Shown: positions 7,670 to 16,923 of the stretch, in pieces
Layout of the letters: every line of letters begins with the position of its first letter
How positions within the stretch are numbered: the first letter of the stretch is position 1
Assembly (NCBI GenBank): GCA_040904565.1
Contig: JBBDTI010000044.1
Coordinates: 1-37,917 of the forward strand
Origin: Rhodothermales bacterium
GTDB taxonomy: Bacteria > Bacteroidota > Rhodothermia > Rhodothermales > VXPQ01
DNA length: 37,917 nt
Reading direction: 5' to 3'
Notes under the pieces: model-generated
Database searches by the model: none
What the model was told of the DNA's origin: nothing
Seen by the model: only the letters and a program-made list of their open reading frames with translations
Position numbers and translations under genes: made by a program

Positions 7670-10600
7670 ATGTATCTCAGCAAGCTGGAGCTGCAAGGAT
7701 TCAAAAGCTTCGCGGATCGGACCGTCCTGCATTTCGATCCGGGCATCACGGCCATCGTCGGCCCCAACGGATGCGGAAAGTCGAATATCGTCGACGCCGT
7801 ACGCTGGGTCATCGGCGAACAGCGTGCACGAGTGTTGCGCTCGGACAAGATGGAGAACGTAATATTCAACGGCACGTCGAAACGCCGGCCGCTGGGACTG
7901 TCGGAAGTGCTGCTGACCGTCGAGAACAACCGAGGAATACTCCCTACGGAATATTCCGAAGTGGAGCTCGGCCGCCGGCTGTACAGATCCGGCGACTCCG
8001 AATACCTCATGAACGGCGTCCAGTGCCGCCTGAAAGACATCACGGATCTGTTCATGGACACCGGCATGGGTGCCGGCGCGTATTCGGTCATCGAACTCAA
8101 GATGGTCGACGAAATCTTGTCGGACAATGCGGACGACCGGAGACGGCTGTTTGAAGAAGCCGCGGGCATCACGAAGTACAAGCTTCGTCGCCGCCAGACG
8201 ATCAACAAGCTGGACAACACGCAGGCCGATCTGACACGGATCCGCGACCTGACCGACGAGATAGGGAAACAGGTCCGCAGCCTCAAGCGGCAGGCCCGGA
8301 AGGCGGAACGCTACAAGGATGCTTCAGCGCGGCTGCACGAGCTCGAACTGGCGCTGGCCCATGTCGAATACAGCCGCCTGTCGGAGCGAAGGGAGCACAT
8401 CAACGAGGAACTCGCTGTCCTGGAACGGGAGTCCGAAGCAACGTCGGAGCAGGAATCCACTGCCGAGACGTCGCTCGAATCGCTCCGACGAGAGCTGAAC
8501 GCCGGCGAGGAACAGCTCGAGGTACGCCGGGGAGAGCTCAGCAGTCATCTCGAAAAGGTGCGCGAGCTGGAGACCGAGCGCCGTCTCGCCGAGGAGCGGC
8601 TAGAATCCGCGCGCAATGAAATTCGACGGGCACATCAGGAACAGGAAACGGCCGATGAGCGCCGCGCCACGCTCGAAGAAGAGATCGCCTCGTTGGAGTC
8701 CGACCTCCGTGAGGCGGAGCCTGCTCTCGAGAAAGCCGTGGAGAAACTGGAGCAGGTTCGGCAGGAGCGTGATGCGCGTCAGGCGGCCGCCCGGAAGAAA
8801 CAGCAGGCGCTTCAGGAGCTGCGCCGGAAGGAAAGAGACTTCGAGAACAAGCGCGCCGAACAGCGCCGGCGGCTGGACCGCATGGTGAACCGGCGCGAGC
8901 TCGTCGACGAAGACATCGCGCGCACCCAATCGCAGCTTCAGGAGCTCGAGGAGAGTCTGGATGCTCTTCGAAATCGCGTCACGGAGGCCGACGAGTCACG
9001 GAATCGTGCGGAATCAGAGGTGGCGGACGCGCGGGCCGCTCTGGAGCAGGCGGCGCAGGAACGAGCGTTCAAGCAAGAACAGCTCGACGACGCAATCGAG
9101 AACGTTCGACAGCTGGAACGAAAGCGAGACGCCCTGGGAGCGGAGGTCCAGCTGCTCGAAAGTATGCTATCTTCCTACGATGATCTGTCGGATGCCGTCC
9201 AGTACCTCGCCGATTCGAACTGGTCCGACAAGGATCTGACCACGGTAGCCGACATTCTGGCGTGTGACGAGGCCGACCGGATCGCTCTCGATGCTGCACT
9301 CGGCTCGTACGCATCCTGCATCATCGTAGACTCCGCTGAAGAGGCCCAGCGCGCCGTACGCATGCTGCGTGATGAGGAGCAGGGCCGGGCTACTTTTATC
9401 TTGCTGGATCGCCTGACCGACCTTCCTCCAGACGCTAGATCGTCCATCGACGCCACCCCCCTTCGCAAGCTCGTGCGGACCGCCTCCGCAACCTATGACA
9501 CACTAGCCGACCTCCTCTTGCGCGACACGTATCTCGTAGATACGCTCGAACGTGCCGAAGCCCTCTCGGAGCGGGCCTCCGGGACGGCTCGCTTTTTTGC
9601 TCGCACCGGGGAATGGATCGACGCTCAGGGATTCATCCACGGTGGAAGCAGACAGGAGGGCACGTCTCCGGCAGCCGGACGCCTAGGACGGCGCGAACAG
9701 CTCGAGCAGACGCGCCTCCGGCTCGCGGAGCTCGATCGAAAGCTGGAGCAGGCCGAGGCCGAAGCCGAACATTTTCGACACGAATTCGAAGCCGTACCCC
9801 ACGAAAGTTGCCGCAGCGAGCTGGCCACCGCGGAGAAAACGCTCAACGAAGCAGAAAAGCGCGCCGCCCGCGTCAGCTTTGAGCTCAAATCGGCAGACGA
9901 GCGACGGGCCGAACTCGTCGATAAGATGGACCGCTCCACCACGTCGCGCGCCGAAGCGTCCGAGGAAGCCGAACAACTCGAAATCGCCGTCAAAGAGGCC
10001 GGCGCCGCACTCTCGAGCCTGCAGTCCCGCGTCGCCGAGGCTGAAGCCGCATTTGAAGCGGCGGAGACAGAAAGCAAGGAGGCTGCAGCGGCTTTCAACG
10101 AGGCCAACATAACCGCCATCGAGGCCCGCAACCGGCGTGACAACTACCAGCGGGATCTCGAACGGGCACGGAGACAGATCGAAGAGATTCTCGAGCGTGC
10201 GGAGGAACGTGCCCTTCGCATCCGCGAGCTCGAAGGGACGATCGAGCGAACGCACGATCGCGTCGACGAAGTTTCGTCCGCTTACGACAGGATTGCCGGC
10301 CGTCAGGAGAGCCTGAATGAAGGCGTCTCCAGCGCCGAAAAGGAGGTGCATCGGGTCCGTGAGGCGATCAACGACGTTGAAGGCGAGCTGCGTGGACTCC
10401 GGCGCCAGCGAGAGCACCTCATGCGAGAAGAGAACCAGCGAGCGGTCCGCCTGGCCGAGATCCAGACGAGATCCGCCGATCTCGTCGAACATATCTCGGA
10501 GGAATTCAGCATTCCCCTGCCTGACGCTTTCGACGACGGTCGCATCTCCGTACCGGACGACTTCGAGGAAACTTCCGCCCGGGCCGACGTAGCCGATCTT

Positions 10601-11260
10601 CGCCGCAACATCCGCTCGCTTGGCGGCGTGAACGAACTCGCCCTCGAGGCCTACGAGGAAGAAAAGGAACGACTCGACTTCCTGCTGCAGCAGCAGGAAG
10701 ACCTCGAACGCGCCGAGGAAAAGCTCATGGAAACGATCGACGAGATCAACACTACGGCGTCGAAACGTTTTCTGGAGACGTACGAGAAGATTCGAGCGAA
10801 CTTCCAGCGCATTTTCGTGGACCTCTTCGGAGTGGAGGCCGCGGCAGACCTGGAATTGGAAGATCCGGAAGATCCCCTCGAAACGGCCATCGAGATCATG
10901 GCGCGGCCGAGAGGAAAACGCCCTTCTACAATATCTCAGCTCTCCGGAGGCGAAAAAACGCTGACAGCCATCGCGCTGCTATTCGGCATCTATCTCGTAA
11001 AGCCAAGTCCCTTCTGTATCCTTGACGAGGTGGATGCACCGCTCGACGACGCCAATGTAGAGCGCTTTATGCGCCTGATTCGGCAGTTCTCCGCCAACAC
11101 CCAGTTCATCCTCGTAACGCACAACAAGCTTACGATGGAAGCGGCCGACCGGCTCTACGGCATTACCATGCAGGAGCAGGGCGTCTCGCGACTGGTGGGC
11201 GTGAAGTTCGACGAGGCGATCGAGATGACGGAACAGCCTGCACCGCGCGAAGCCGCATAA
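7670..11260 (+). CDS. smc: Chromosome segregation protein SMC
   Basis: 1196 aa; GFKSF, GPNGCGKSN Walker A, coiled coils with hinge (GRATFI), LSGGEK signature, ILDEVDAPLD Walker B. Confidence 0.98.
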   Translation: MYLSKLELQGFKSFADRTVLHFDPGITAIVGPNGCGKSNIVDAVRWVIGEQRARVLRSDKMENVIFNGTSKRRPLGLSEVLLTVENNRGILPTEYSEVELGRRLYRSGDSEYLMNGVQCRLKDITDLFMDTGMGAGAYSVIELKMVDEILSDNADDRRRLFEEAAGITKYKLRRRQTINKLDNTQADLTRIRDLTDEIGKQVRSLKRQARKAERYKDASARLHELELALAHVEYSRLSERREHINEELAVLERESEATSEQESTAETSLESLRRELNAGEEQLEVRRGELSSHLEKVRELETERRLAEERLESARNEIRRAHQEQETADERRATLEEEIASLESDLREAEPALEKAVEKLEQVRQERDARQAAARKKQQALQELRRKERDFENKRAEQRRRLDRMVNRRELVDEDIARTQSQLQELEESLDALRNRVTEADESRNRAESEVADARAALEQAAQERAFKQEQLDDAIENVRQLERKRDALGAEVQLLESMLSSYDDLSDAVQYLADSNWSDKDLTTVADILACDEADRIALDAALGSYASCIIVDSAEEAQRAVRMLRDEEQGRATFILLDRLTDLPPDARSSIDATPLRKLVRTASATYDTLADLLLRDTYLVDTLERAEALSERASGTARFFARTGEWIDAQGFIHGGSRQEGTSPAAGRLGRREQLEQTRLRLAELDRKLEQAEAEAEHFRHEFEAVPHESCRSELATAEKTLNEAEKRAARVSFELKSADERRAELVDKMDRSTTSRAEASEEAEQLEIAVKEAGAALSSLQSRVAEAEAAFEAAETESKEAAAAFNEANITAIEARNRRDNYQRDLERARRQIEEILERAEERALRIRELEGTIERTHDRVDEVSSAYDRIAGRQESLNEGVSSAEKEVHRVREAINDVEGELRGLRRQREHLMREENQRAVRLAEIQTRSADLVEHISEEFSIPLPDAFDDGRISVPDDFEETSARADVADLRRNIRSLGGVNELALEAYEEEKERLDFLLQQQEDLERAEEKLMETIDEINTTASKRFLETYEKIRANFQRIFVDLFGVEAAADLELEDPEDPLETAIEIMARPRGKRPSTISQLSGGEKTLTAIALLFGIYLVKPSPFCILDEVDAPLDDANVERFMRLIRQFSANTQFILVTHNKLTMEAADRLYGITMQEQGVSRLVGVKFDEAIEMTEQPAPREAA

Positions 11261-11297
11261 TAGAGGTGGCCGCCGCGAGCCTCGCGGGCCCGTCCCA

Positions 11298-11585
11298 CTA
11301 CACGGCCAGTTCCGCTTCCGGCTCCCAGACGCCGACAGCCATGAGCCGTGCGAACTCTCGCTTCGTCCAGCATCGGTAACGCAACTCGGGACCGTAATCG
11401 ACCACGCGGCCCTCTTCCGTCAACCACTCGAAGTACACGTTCAGGGTATCTTCGAAGAGCACACCGAGCATGCAACCCTTGCCCCGAACGAAGTATTTGT
11501 ATCGGGACGGGTCAAGACGGCACCGCTGCTCCGGACAAAACCAGCACGGCGCGTCCCGCATGAAGGACTCAAAGGATCCCGACAT
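11298..11585 (-). CDS. Hypothetical 95-aa Cys-containing protein (CWFCPEQRC)
   Basis: ATG 11585 preceded by gggag; globular-looking sequence. The longer ORF extension to 11732 crosses AT-rich regulatory-looking DNA and is unlikely. Confidence 0.7.
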   Translation of the reverse strand: MSGSFESFMRDAPCWFCPEQRCRLDPSRYKYFVRGKGCMLGVLFEDTLNVYFEWLTEEGRVVDYGPELRYRCWTKREFARLMAVGVWEPEAELAV

Positions 11586-11613
11586 GTACTCCCACCAGAT
11601 GATTGCATTCGTC

Positions 11614-11630
11614 TTTAGATCAAGTCTAAA
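11614..11630. promoter_or_regulatory. Palindromic operator TTTAGA-N5-TCTAAA (Fur/Irr-box-like)
   Basis: tttaga-tcaag-tctaaa followed by taa, 28 bp upstream of the 11585 start; degenerate second copy cttaga-ctggt-tccaaa at 11740-11756. Confidence 0.55.
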
Positions 11631-11841
11631 TAAACAAATGCGCTTCAGTTCCGCAATCCCCTTTTTCGTGAAAGTAGGATTAAGTTTAGACCGAGCGATC
11701 GACAACCCGCAACCCGTTAAGATGCTCGTCAACCGTCGACTTAGACTGGTTCCAAATCCGACAAAATCCGAATCTTTCCCTCTCTAATTCGGGTTGATAT
11801 GTTGACGATGAGATGAACTGAGGCGAAAAGAGGGTAGAGCT

Positions 11842-12060
11842 ATGAAGATGCAAGTGCAATCGATGTGTACGGCGTGCAGCCACCTGAATCGGGATCGTGA
11901 CGACCGTCACACGTGCGAAGCTTTCCCGGAAGGCATTCCCGAGGATATCTGGATGAACCAGCACGATCATCACGAGCCGTATCCTGGTGATCAGGGCGTG
12001 CGCTTCGAACTGCAAACGATTAAGACGCTGAGCGCCGAAGAAAAAGCGAAGGTCGCGTAA
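11842..12060 (+). CDS. Hypothetical 72-aa protein with CxxCxH...CxAFPxGIP...DH..P..GDxG motif, putative metal binding
   Basis: Purine-rich agaggg upstream of ATG, conserved-looking motif, terminator downstream. Confidence 0.8.
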   Translation: MKMQVQSMCTACSHLNRDRDDRHTCEAFPEGIPEDIWMNQHDHHEPYPGDQGVRFELQTIKTLSAEEKAKVA

Positions 12061-12122
12061 TACGCGTGGGCCGTACGCGTTCGACGTACGAGCCTCCAAT
12101 ACATCACCTTACCCATCCTCCG

Positions 12123-12158
12123 AATGGCCGGACCGCGTATGCTGTCCGGCCATTTTTA
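12123..12158 (+). terminator. Intrinsic terminator
   Basis: aatggccggac-N10-gtccggccatt followed by ttt. Confidence 0.8.
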
Positions 12159-12196
12159 TATCTTGACGTCCTATTTCCTTGGAGAGGACGCGCTGA

Positions 12197-13243
12197 ATGA
12201 TTACGGACGAACCACAGCATGATGGGGCCGACGGCGAAGCCGCCTGGCCTCATCATTCGCTGCTGCTCACCTTCGTCATGCTATGGGGGGGCAATTTCGT
12301 ACTCGCCGAGGTGGCCCTCCGGGAAATGGATCCCATTTCGTTCTCGGTCTCGCGATTTCTTGCGGGCGGGATCGCTATGATATCGATCCTGTACCTCCAG
12401 CTCGTCATCGGCGCGAAGGAGGCAGCCGGACGCGATCGCCTCTTTCCCCGCCTCCGGCGAAAAGACTGGCCTCGACTGCTTGTCGTCTCCGTCATCGGCG
12501 CTACACTCGCCCCCTGGCTCGGCATCGAAGGCCTCGGACTCACGCACGGCGCGCGCGCCTCCCTCTGGCTCGCACTCGGACCCGTGGTAAGCTGCGGGCT
12601 CGGATACGTAATGGGGACGGAACGGATCGGCTGGGTTGGCTACGTCGGCATCGCCCTCGCTGCGCTCGGCACGCTTTCTCTCGCCATCGACGGGATACGA
12701 CCCGGGCAGAGCTACTGGGTAGGCGACATCCTCCTGTTTCTCGCCCTCTTGATGGCCGTCGCCGAGCTACATTTAATCAAGCCACTTGCCGCCCGGTATG
12801 GCGCCACGGCCATGGTGACGGCGCGTACGGCCATAGGAGGCCTCTTCTATCTGCTCATCGCCTCACCCTCTCTCGTCGATGAGCCCTGGTTGACGCTCGA
12901 TATGTGGACGTGGATCGCGATCCTGTTTGGGGGCGCCGTCGGCGTAGGCGTCGGCCAGTGGGTCAAGGTGCGTGCCCTGAAGACGCTCGGCCCCACCCGC
13001 GTGGTGCTCTACGGCAATCTCGTACCTCTCGCGGCGCTCTGGCTCGCGTGGATCACGATCGGAACGATCCCGTCCACCCTCGAACTACTGGCGGGCTTCC
13101 TCATCGTCGTCGGTGCCATCTGCATTCAGGTCTTCGACCTGCGCATGCACGTCGGGAAACCTGAGGACGACGAGGAGGAAGACGCCGCCGCCGAGAAATC
13201 GACCTTCTTCGAAACGTTCGCCCTGCGATCCGGTGACAGTTGA
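12197..13243 (+). CDS. DMT/EamA family transporter
   Basis: About ten hydrophobic segments; LWGGNF, RFLAG, LGPTRVVLYGNLVP patterns; ggagagg RBS. Confidence 0.9.
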   Translation: MITDEPQHDGADGEAAWPHHSLLLTFVMLWGGNFVLAEVALREMDPISFSVSRFLAGGIAMISILYLQLVIGAKEAAGRDRLFPRLRRKDWPRLLVVSVIGATLAPWLGIEGLGLTHGARASLWLALGPVVSCGLGYVMGTERIGWVGYVGIALAALGTLSLAIDGIRPGQSYWVGDILLFLALLMAVAELHLIKPLAARYGATAMVTARTAIGGLFYLLIASPSLVDEPWLTLDMWTWIAILFGGAVGVGVGQWVKVRALKTLGPTRVVLYGNLVPLAALWLAWITIGTIPSTLELLAGFLIVVGAICIQVFDLRMHVGKPEDDEEEDAAAEKSTFFETFALRSGDS

Positions 13244-13295
13244 ATACCTTTAGACGCTTCGTTCGCACAAACGGCCCGTGCCTGCCACCCTGACC

Positions 13296-14904
13296 ATGCG
13301 GTTTGTCGCACTCATTCTCGCCGCCCTTCTGGTTACGTCCTGCGCCCGCGTAAACGTCTTCCCGTACGGGGAGCAAGATCGCCCGGGGACCTCCCCGACG
13401 CCGTCGACGTCGTCGTCCGCTGCGGAAGAGTCCGACGACGAACCCTTCGAACCGTGGGCCGACCTGCTGGAGGATACGCGGCCTGTCGAAGGCCTGCTGC
13501 GCCTGCACGTCAAGCGTGACCAGACGCTCTACCTGGAGCTCGCGCCGGAACAGCTGGAGACGAATTATGGCCTCGTGCTCCATTTCAGCCGCGGCATTGG
13601 CGATTTTGGCGCGTACGACGGTCTCGAACTCGCAGACACGCGGCTTATCCGCTTCGAGCGGGTCGGCGACCAGATCAACCTCGTGCACCGCAACGATCGC
13701 TTCATCGCTGACGAGGGAAGTCCGATGGCCGCGTCGATGGAGGACAACGTCGGTCATTCGCTGCTGTACGTTGCCGACATCGAGAGCCGGAACGACTCGA
13801 CGCATCACGTACTAATCGACGTGACCGATTTCATCGCGTCGGACTATCCCGGTCTAACCGAAGTGTTCAAGCGCGCGTATGGCAGCACCTCCGTCACCTT
13901 CGACGAGGACCGTAGTTTCGTCGAGCAGGTCCGAGGCTTTCCGAAAAACGTGGAGATCGACGCCGCTGCACACGTACGGCACCGACGAGGACAACTGGCT
14001 CGGCGCGTGGGCCGTCGACCCGCTTACGAACGCCTGGGAGCTGGGGTCGGACCCGCTGGCATTTGCCCGCGATCGCGCCCGACTCGTCTCTACGGTTATC
14101 CCTGAGCTGGATCGGCGCCTTATCGACGAAGGAGACCGCTACGCCCCGCTTCGCGCTGCAATGATCTCCATGATCAATGAACGGGTCACATCCCTCCTGC
14201 CCGCCACCAAGATGATCGGCGGCGCGCACGTCGCACGGGACCACAAGGGCGATCCGGGCGCCCGACCCCCGTTCACTCCCGTGCCTGCCGCCGAGCAGCG
14301 GGCTGCCCTGCAGTTCATCATGGACCAGGTGTTCTCATCGGATGCCTTCGCCCTGAATGCCGAAACCCTCAATAAACTCGCCCCCAACCGGTACGCCCAC
14401 TGGGGGGCCTCGGTCGGCGTCCCGCTCGATTTTCCGCTGCTCGACTATGCCGACGCGGTCCATTCCATCTTCATCGACCAGCTGATGCATCCGGCCCGAT
14501 TCCAACGCCTGCTGAACGCGGAATGGCGCGCAACGACGGATTCCACCTTCGGCGTCGGTCACATGCTGGCCACGATGACCGCCGGCGTCTGGAGCGAGCT
14601 GGCTGAGGGCACAGCCCCTAATGCCTTTCGCAGAAATCTGCAGCGCCGATACACCGATCGACTGATCCGCCTCATGCTGGCGTCGCCACCATGGCGTATC
14701 GCCTCCGCTTCGGGGTCGGCGACGGTCCCGGTCCCGGAGCACGCCCGATCCGTCAGCCGTCTCGAGCTGATAGAGCTTCACGACCGAATTGAATCGGCGC
14801 TCCAGACCGGCGAGCACGGTCGAGATACCAGAGCTCACCTGATCGAAACGCAAGCTCGCATTCGCAAAGCGCTGGATGCGACTGTAACCACCTCTGCCGA
14901 TTGA
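13296..14904 (+). pseudogene. Zinc-dependent metalloprotease lipoprotein (DUF5117 + EcxA/DUF4953 type), internally deleted and frameshifted
   Basis: Lipoprotein N-part (LLVTSC...FPKNVEIDA) runs to ~13965, then the C-part (HTYGTDED...DPLTNAWELGSDPL...LAPNR...FRRNLQRRY...DTRAHL) continues in another frame; no HExxH in either. Could be a misassembly. Confidence 0.8.
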
Positions 14905-15015
14905 CGGGCCGCGTGCCTCGCTAAATGACCGGTCTCCGGCCCATCACATCCGGCCGATGGCTCACATCCTTCGAACCAACTGTAAAGAACGGCGGCAGCG
15001 CACCATCGTCCGTTC

Positions 15016-15044
15016 TTGTATCCCAGTCCCCCTCCGCGTACTTT
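15016..15044 (+). promoter_or_regulatory. Sigma70-type promoter of the SAM riboswitch leader
   Basis: TTGTAT-N17-TACTTT ending 7-8 nt before riboswitch P1. Confidence 0.6.
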
Positions 15045-15051
15045 GATCCTG

Positions 15052-15165
15052 CCTCATTGAGAACGACCGAGGGATCAGGCCCGCTGACGTCGTAGCAACC
15101 GGGCCGGCCGCAGGCCGGCTGCCATGGTGCTAAACCCTGCCCGCATCTTGCGGGGTGGATGAGAG
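15052..15165 (+). ncRNA. SAM-I (S-box) riboswitch
   Basis: P1 ctcatt/gatgag, gagggatcaggcccgctgacg kink-turn P2, gcaacc...ggtgctaa P3, P4 cccgc/gcggg; upstream of a methionine biosynthesis gene. Confidence 0.93.
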
Positions 15166-15186
15166 GAGTTTCAGCTTCACGCTTGC

Positions 15187-15217
15187 AGCCCTCCTCATCC
15201 TTGAGGGGGGCTTTTTC
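15187..15217 (+). terminator. Riboswitch expression-platform terminator
   Basis: agccctcctca-tcct-tgaggggggct-tttt; its ctcatcc can alternatively pair with ggatgag of P1 (antiterminator). Confidence 0.88.
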
Positions 15218-15291
15218 TGTTGCATGCGGGTTGTCGAACCGGCCCGGCCGACCCTCCCTCCAACCGGAATCACTCCGAAACGAGACAGATC

Positions 15292-15720
15292 ATGAGAGTA
15301 ACGTTAGATCGTATAGACGGCAATTTCCTGTTCCGAGGACGAAACGAGAACGGTACGGAAACGCATTTCGACACCTCGCCGGAAGAAGGCGGTTCCGGTT
15401 CGGCTCCAGGACCCATGCAAACCGTGGCGATGGCACTCGGTGCCTGCAGCGGCATCGACGTGGTCTCCATCCTCCGTAAGGGTCGGGAGGATATCGTCGA
15501 TTTCCACATCGACGTCGACTACGATCGCGCCGGCGACCGAACGCCGTCCGTTTTTACCGAGATCCACGTGCACTATGCGCTCACGGGGGAGCTGGACCTG
15601 GAAAAGGTGCGGCGAGCCGTAGATCTGAGCGTACGCAAATATTGTTCGGTGGCGAAGATGCTCCAAAGCACGGCGACAATAACCTACTCGTTCAGTGTGA
15701 ACGGTGAGACGTATGATTGA
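15292..15720 (+). CDS. OsmC/YhfA family protein
   Basis: PGPMQTVAMALGACSGIDV and LSVRKYCSVAKML two-Cys motifs. Confidence 0.92.
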   Translation: MRVTLDRIDGNFLFRGRNENGTETHFDTSPEEGGSGSAPGPMQTVAMALGACSGIDVVSILRKGREDIVDFHIDVDYDRAGDRTPSVFTEIHVHYALTGELDLEKVRRAVDLSVRKYCSVAKMLQSTATITYSFSVNGETYD

Positions 15721-16894
15721 GCCTTTCGAACATGAGGAGACGCGGATCATCCGCACGCGGAACACGCCGTCATCCCACCGCGAGCACGTGAGCCCGGTCT
15801 ACATGACGTCGAGTTTCACGTTCGAGGATGCCGAGCACGGCCGTGCGCTGTTCGCGCGCGAAGCACCCGGGCCGATCTACTCCCGCTTCAGCAACCCCTC
15901 CGTCGACGAATTCGTCGACCGGATGTGCCTGCTGGAGGAAGCCGAGGCGGGTGTCGCCGTGGCCTCGGGCATGTCCTCCGTGTTCACGACGCTGGCCGGG
16001 CTGCTCAATCACGGCGACCACGTCCTGGCATCCCGCTCCCTCTTCGGGTCGACGCACCAGATCCTTACGACCATCTTCCCGCGATGGGGAATCGAGCACA
16101 CGTATGCCGATATCCACGACACGGATGGATGGGACGCCCTTATCCAGCCGAACACCCGCCTGTGCATCGTCGAGACACCGTCGAATCCGGGACTGGATCT
16201 GATCGATCTGGAGTGGCTGGGTAAGCTGTGCGCGGCGCGTGACGTGATTCTGTTCGTCGACAACGTTTTCGCGACGCCGATCCTCCAGAAACCACTTGGC
16301 TTTGGGGCGGATCTGGTCATGCACTCGGCCACTAAATACGTCGACGGACAGGGACGCGGCATCGGCGGCGTCGTCGTTGGCACATCGCGCTACATCGACG
16401 ATATACGTACGTTCGCCCGCCACTCGGGACCGGCCCTCTCTCCTTTCAATGCGTGGATGTTCAGCCGCAGCCTGGAAACGCTGCCGGTGCGCATGGCTCG
16501 CCATTGCGACAACGCCGAACGACTCGCCGAATTTCTGTTCGAGCACGAGGACGTCGAGCGCGTCAAGTACCCCCACCATCCGTCGCACCCGCAGTACGAC
16601 CTGGCGATGCGTCAGATGAAGCGCGGCGGCGGCATGGTCACCTTCATCGTGAAGGGCGGAATCGAACGCGGCCGCCGATTCCTGGATGCGCTCGAAATGT
16701 GCTCGCTCACGGCCAACCTCGGCGACGTGCGGACCATCGCGACGCACCCGGCAAGTACCACACACAGCTCACTCACCGAGGAAGAGCGGCGGTCCGTCGG
16801 CATCCTTCCCGGACTGATTCGGATATCGGTCGGACTCGAACACGTCGACGACATCATCTCGGATATCGATCGCGCACTCGACCGCTCGCAGTGA
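15713..16894 (+). CDS. metZ: O-succinylhomoserine sulfhydrylase (PLP trans-sulfuration family)
   Basis: YSRFSNP, ASGM, ETPSNP, DNVFATP, HSATKYVDGQGR (MetZ-type), NLGDVRT, THPASTTH; under SAM riboswitch; overlaps upstream gene by 8 bp. Confidence 0.88.
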   Translation: MIEPFEHEETRIIRTRNTPSSHREHVSPVYMTSSFTFEDAEHGRALFAREAPGPIYSRFSNPSVDEFVDRMCLLEEAEAGVAVASGMSSVFTTLAGLLNHGDHVLASRSLFGSTHQILTTIFPRWGIEHTYADIHDTDGWDALIQPNTRLCIVETPSNPGLDLIDLEWLGKLCAARDVILFVDNVFATPILQKPLGFGADLVMHSATKYVDGQGRGIGGVVVGTSRYIDDIRTFARHSGPALSPFNAWMFSRSLETLPVRMARHCDNAERLAEFLFEHEDVERVKYPHHPSHPQYDLAMRQMKRGGGMVTFIVKGGIERGRRFLDALEMCSLTANLGDVRTIATHPASTTHSSLTEEERRSVGILPGLIRISVGLEHVDDIISDIDRALDRSQ

Positions 16895-16923
16895 TGTCGA
16901 GGACACGTCGAAGCCGCCCGTTC

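Noticed and set aside
11586-11732. Extension of the 95-aa ORF to 144 aa
   Set aside because: Overlaps the AT-rich palindrome region; the internal ATG has a better RBS.
11276-12060. Prophage remnant after smc
   Set aside because: No integrase, att-like repeats or structural phage genes; only one small ORF with a phage-reminiscent motif.
13879-14105. Programmed frameshift or genuine two-gene split in the metalloprotease locus
   Set aside because: No slippery sequence at the junction, and rejoining the frames would still lack the zinc-binding domain.
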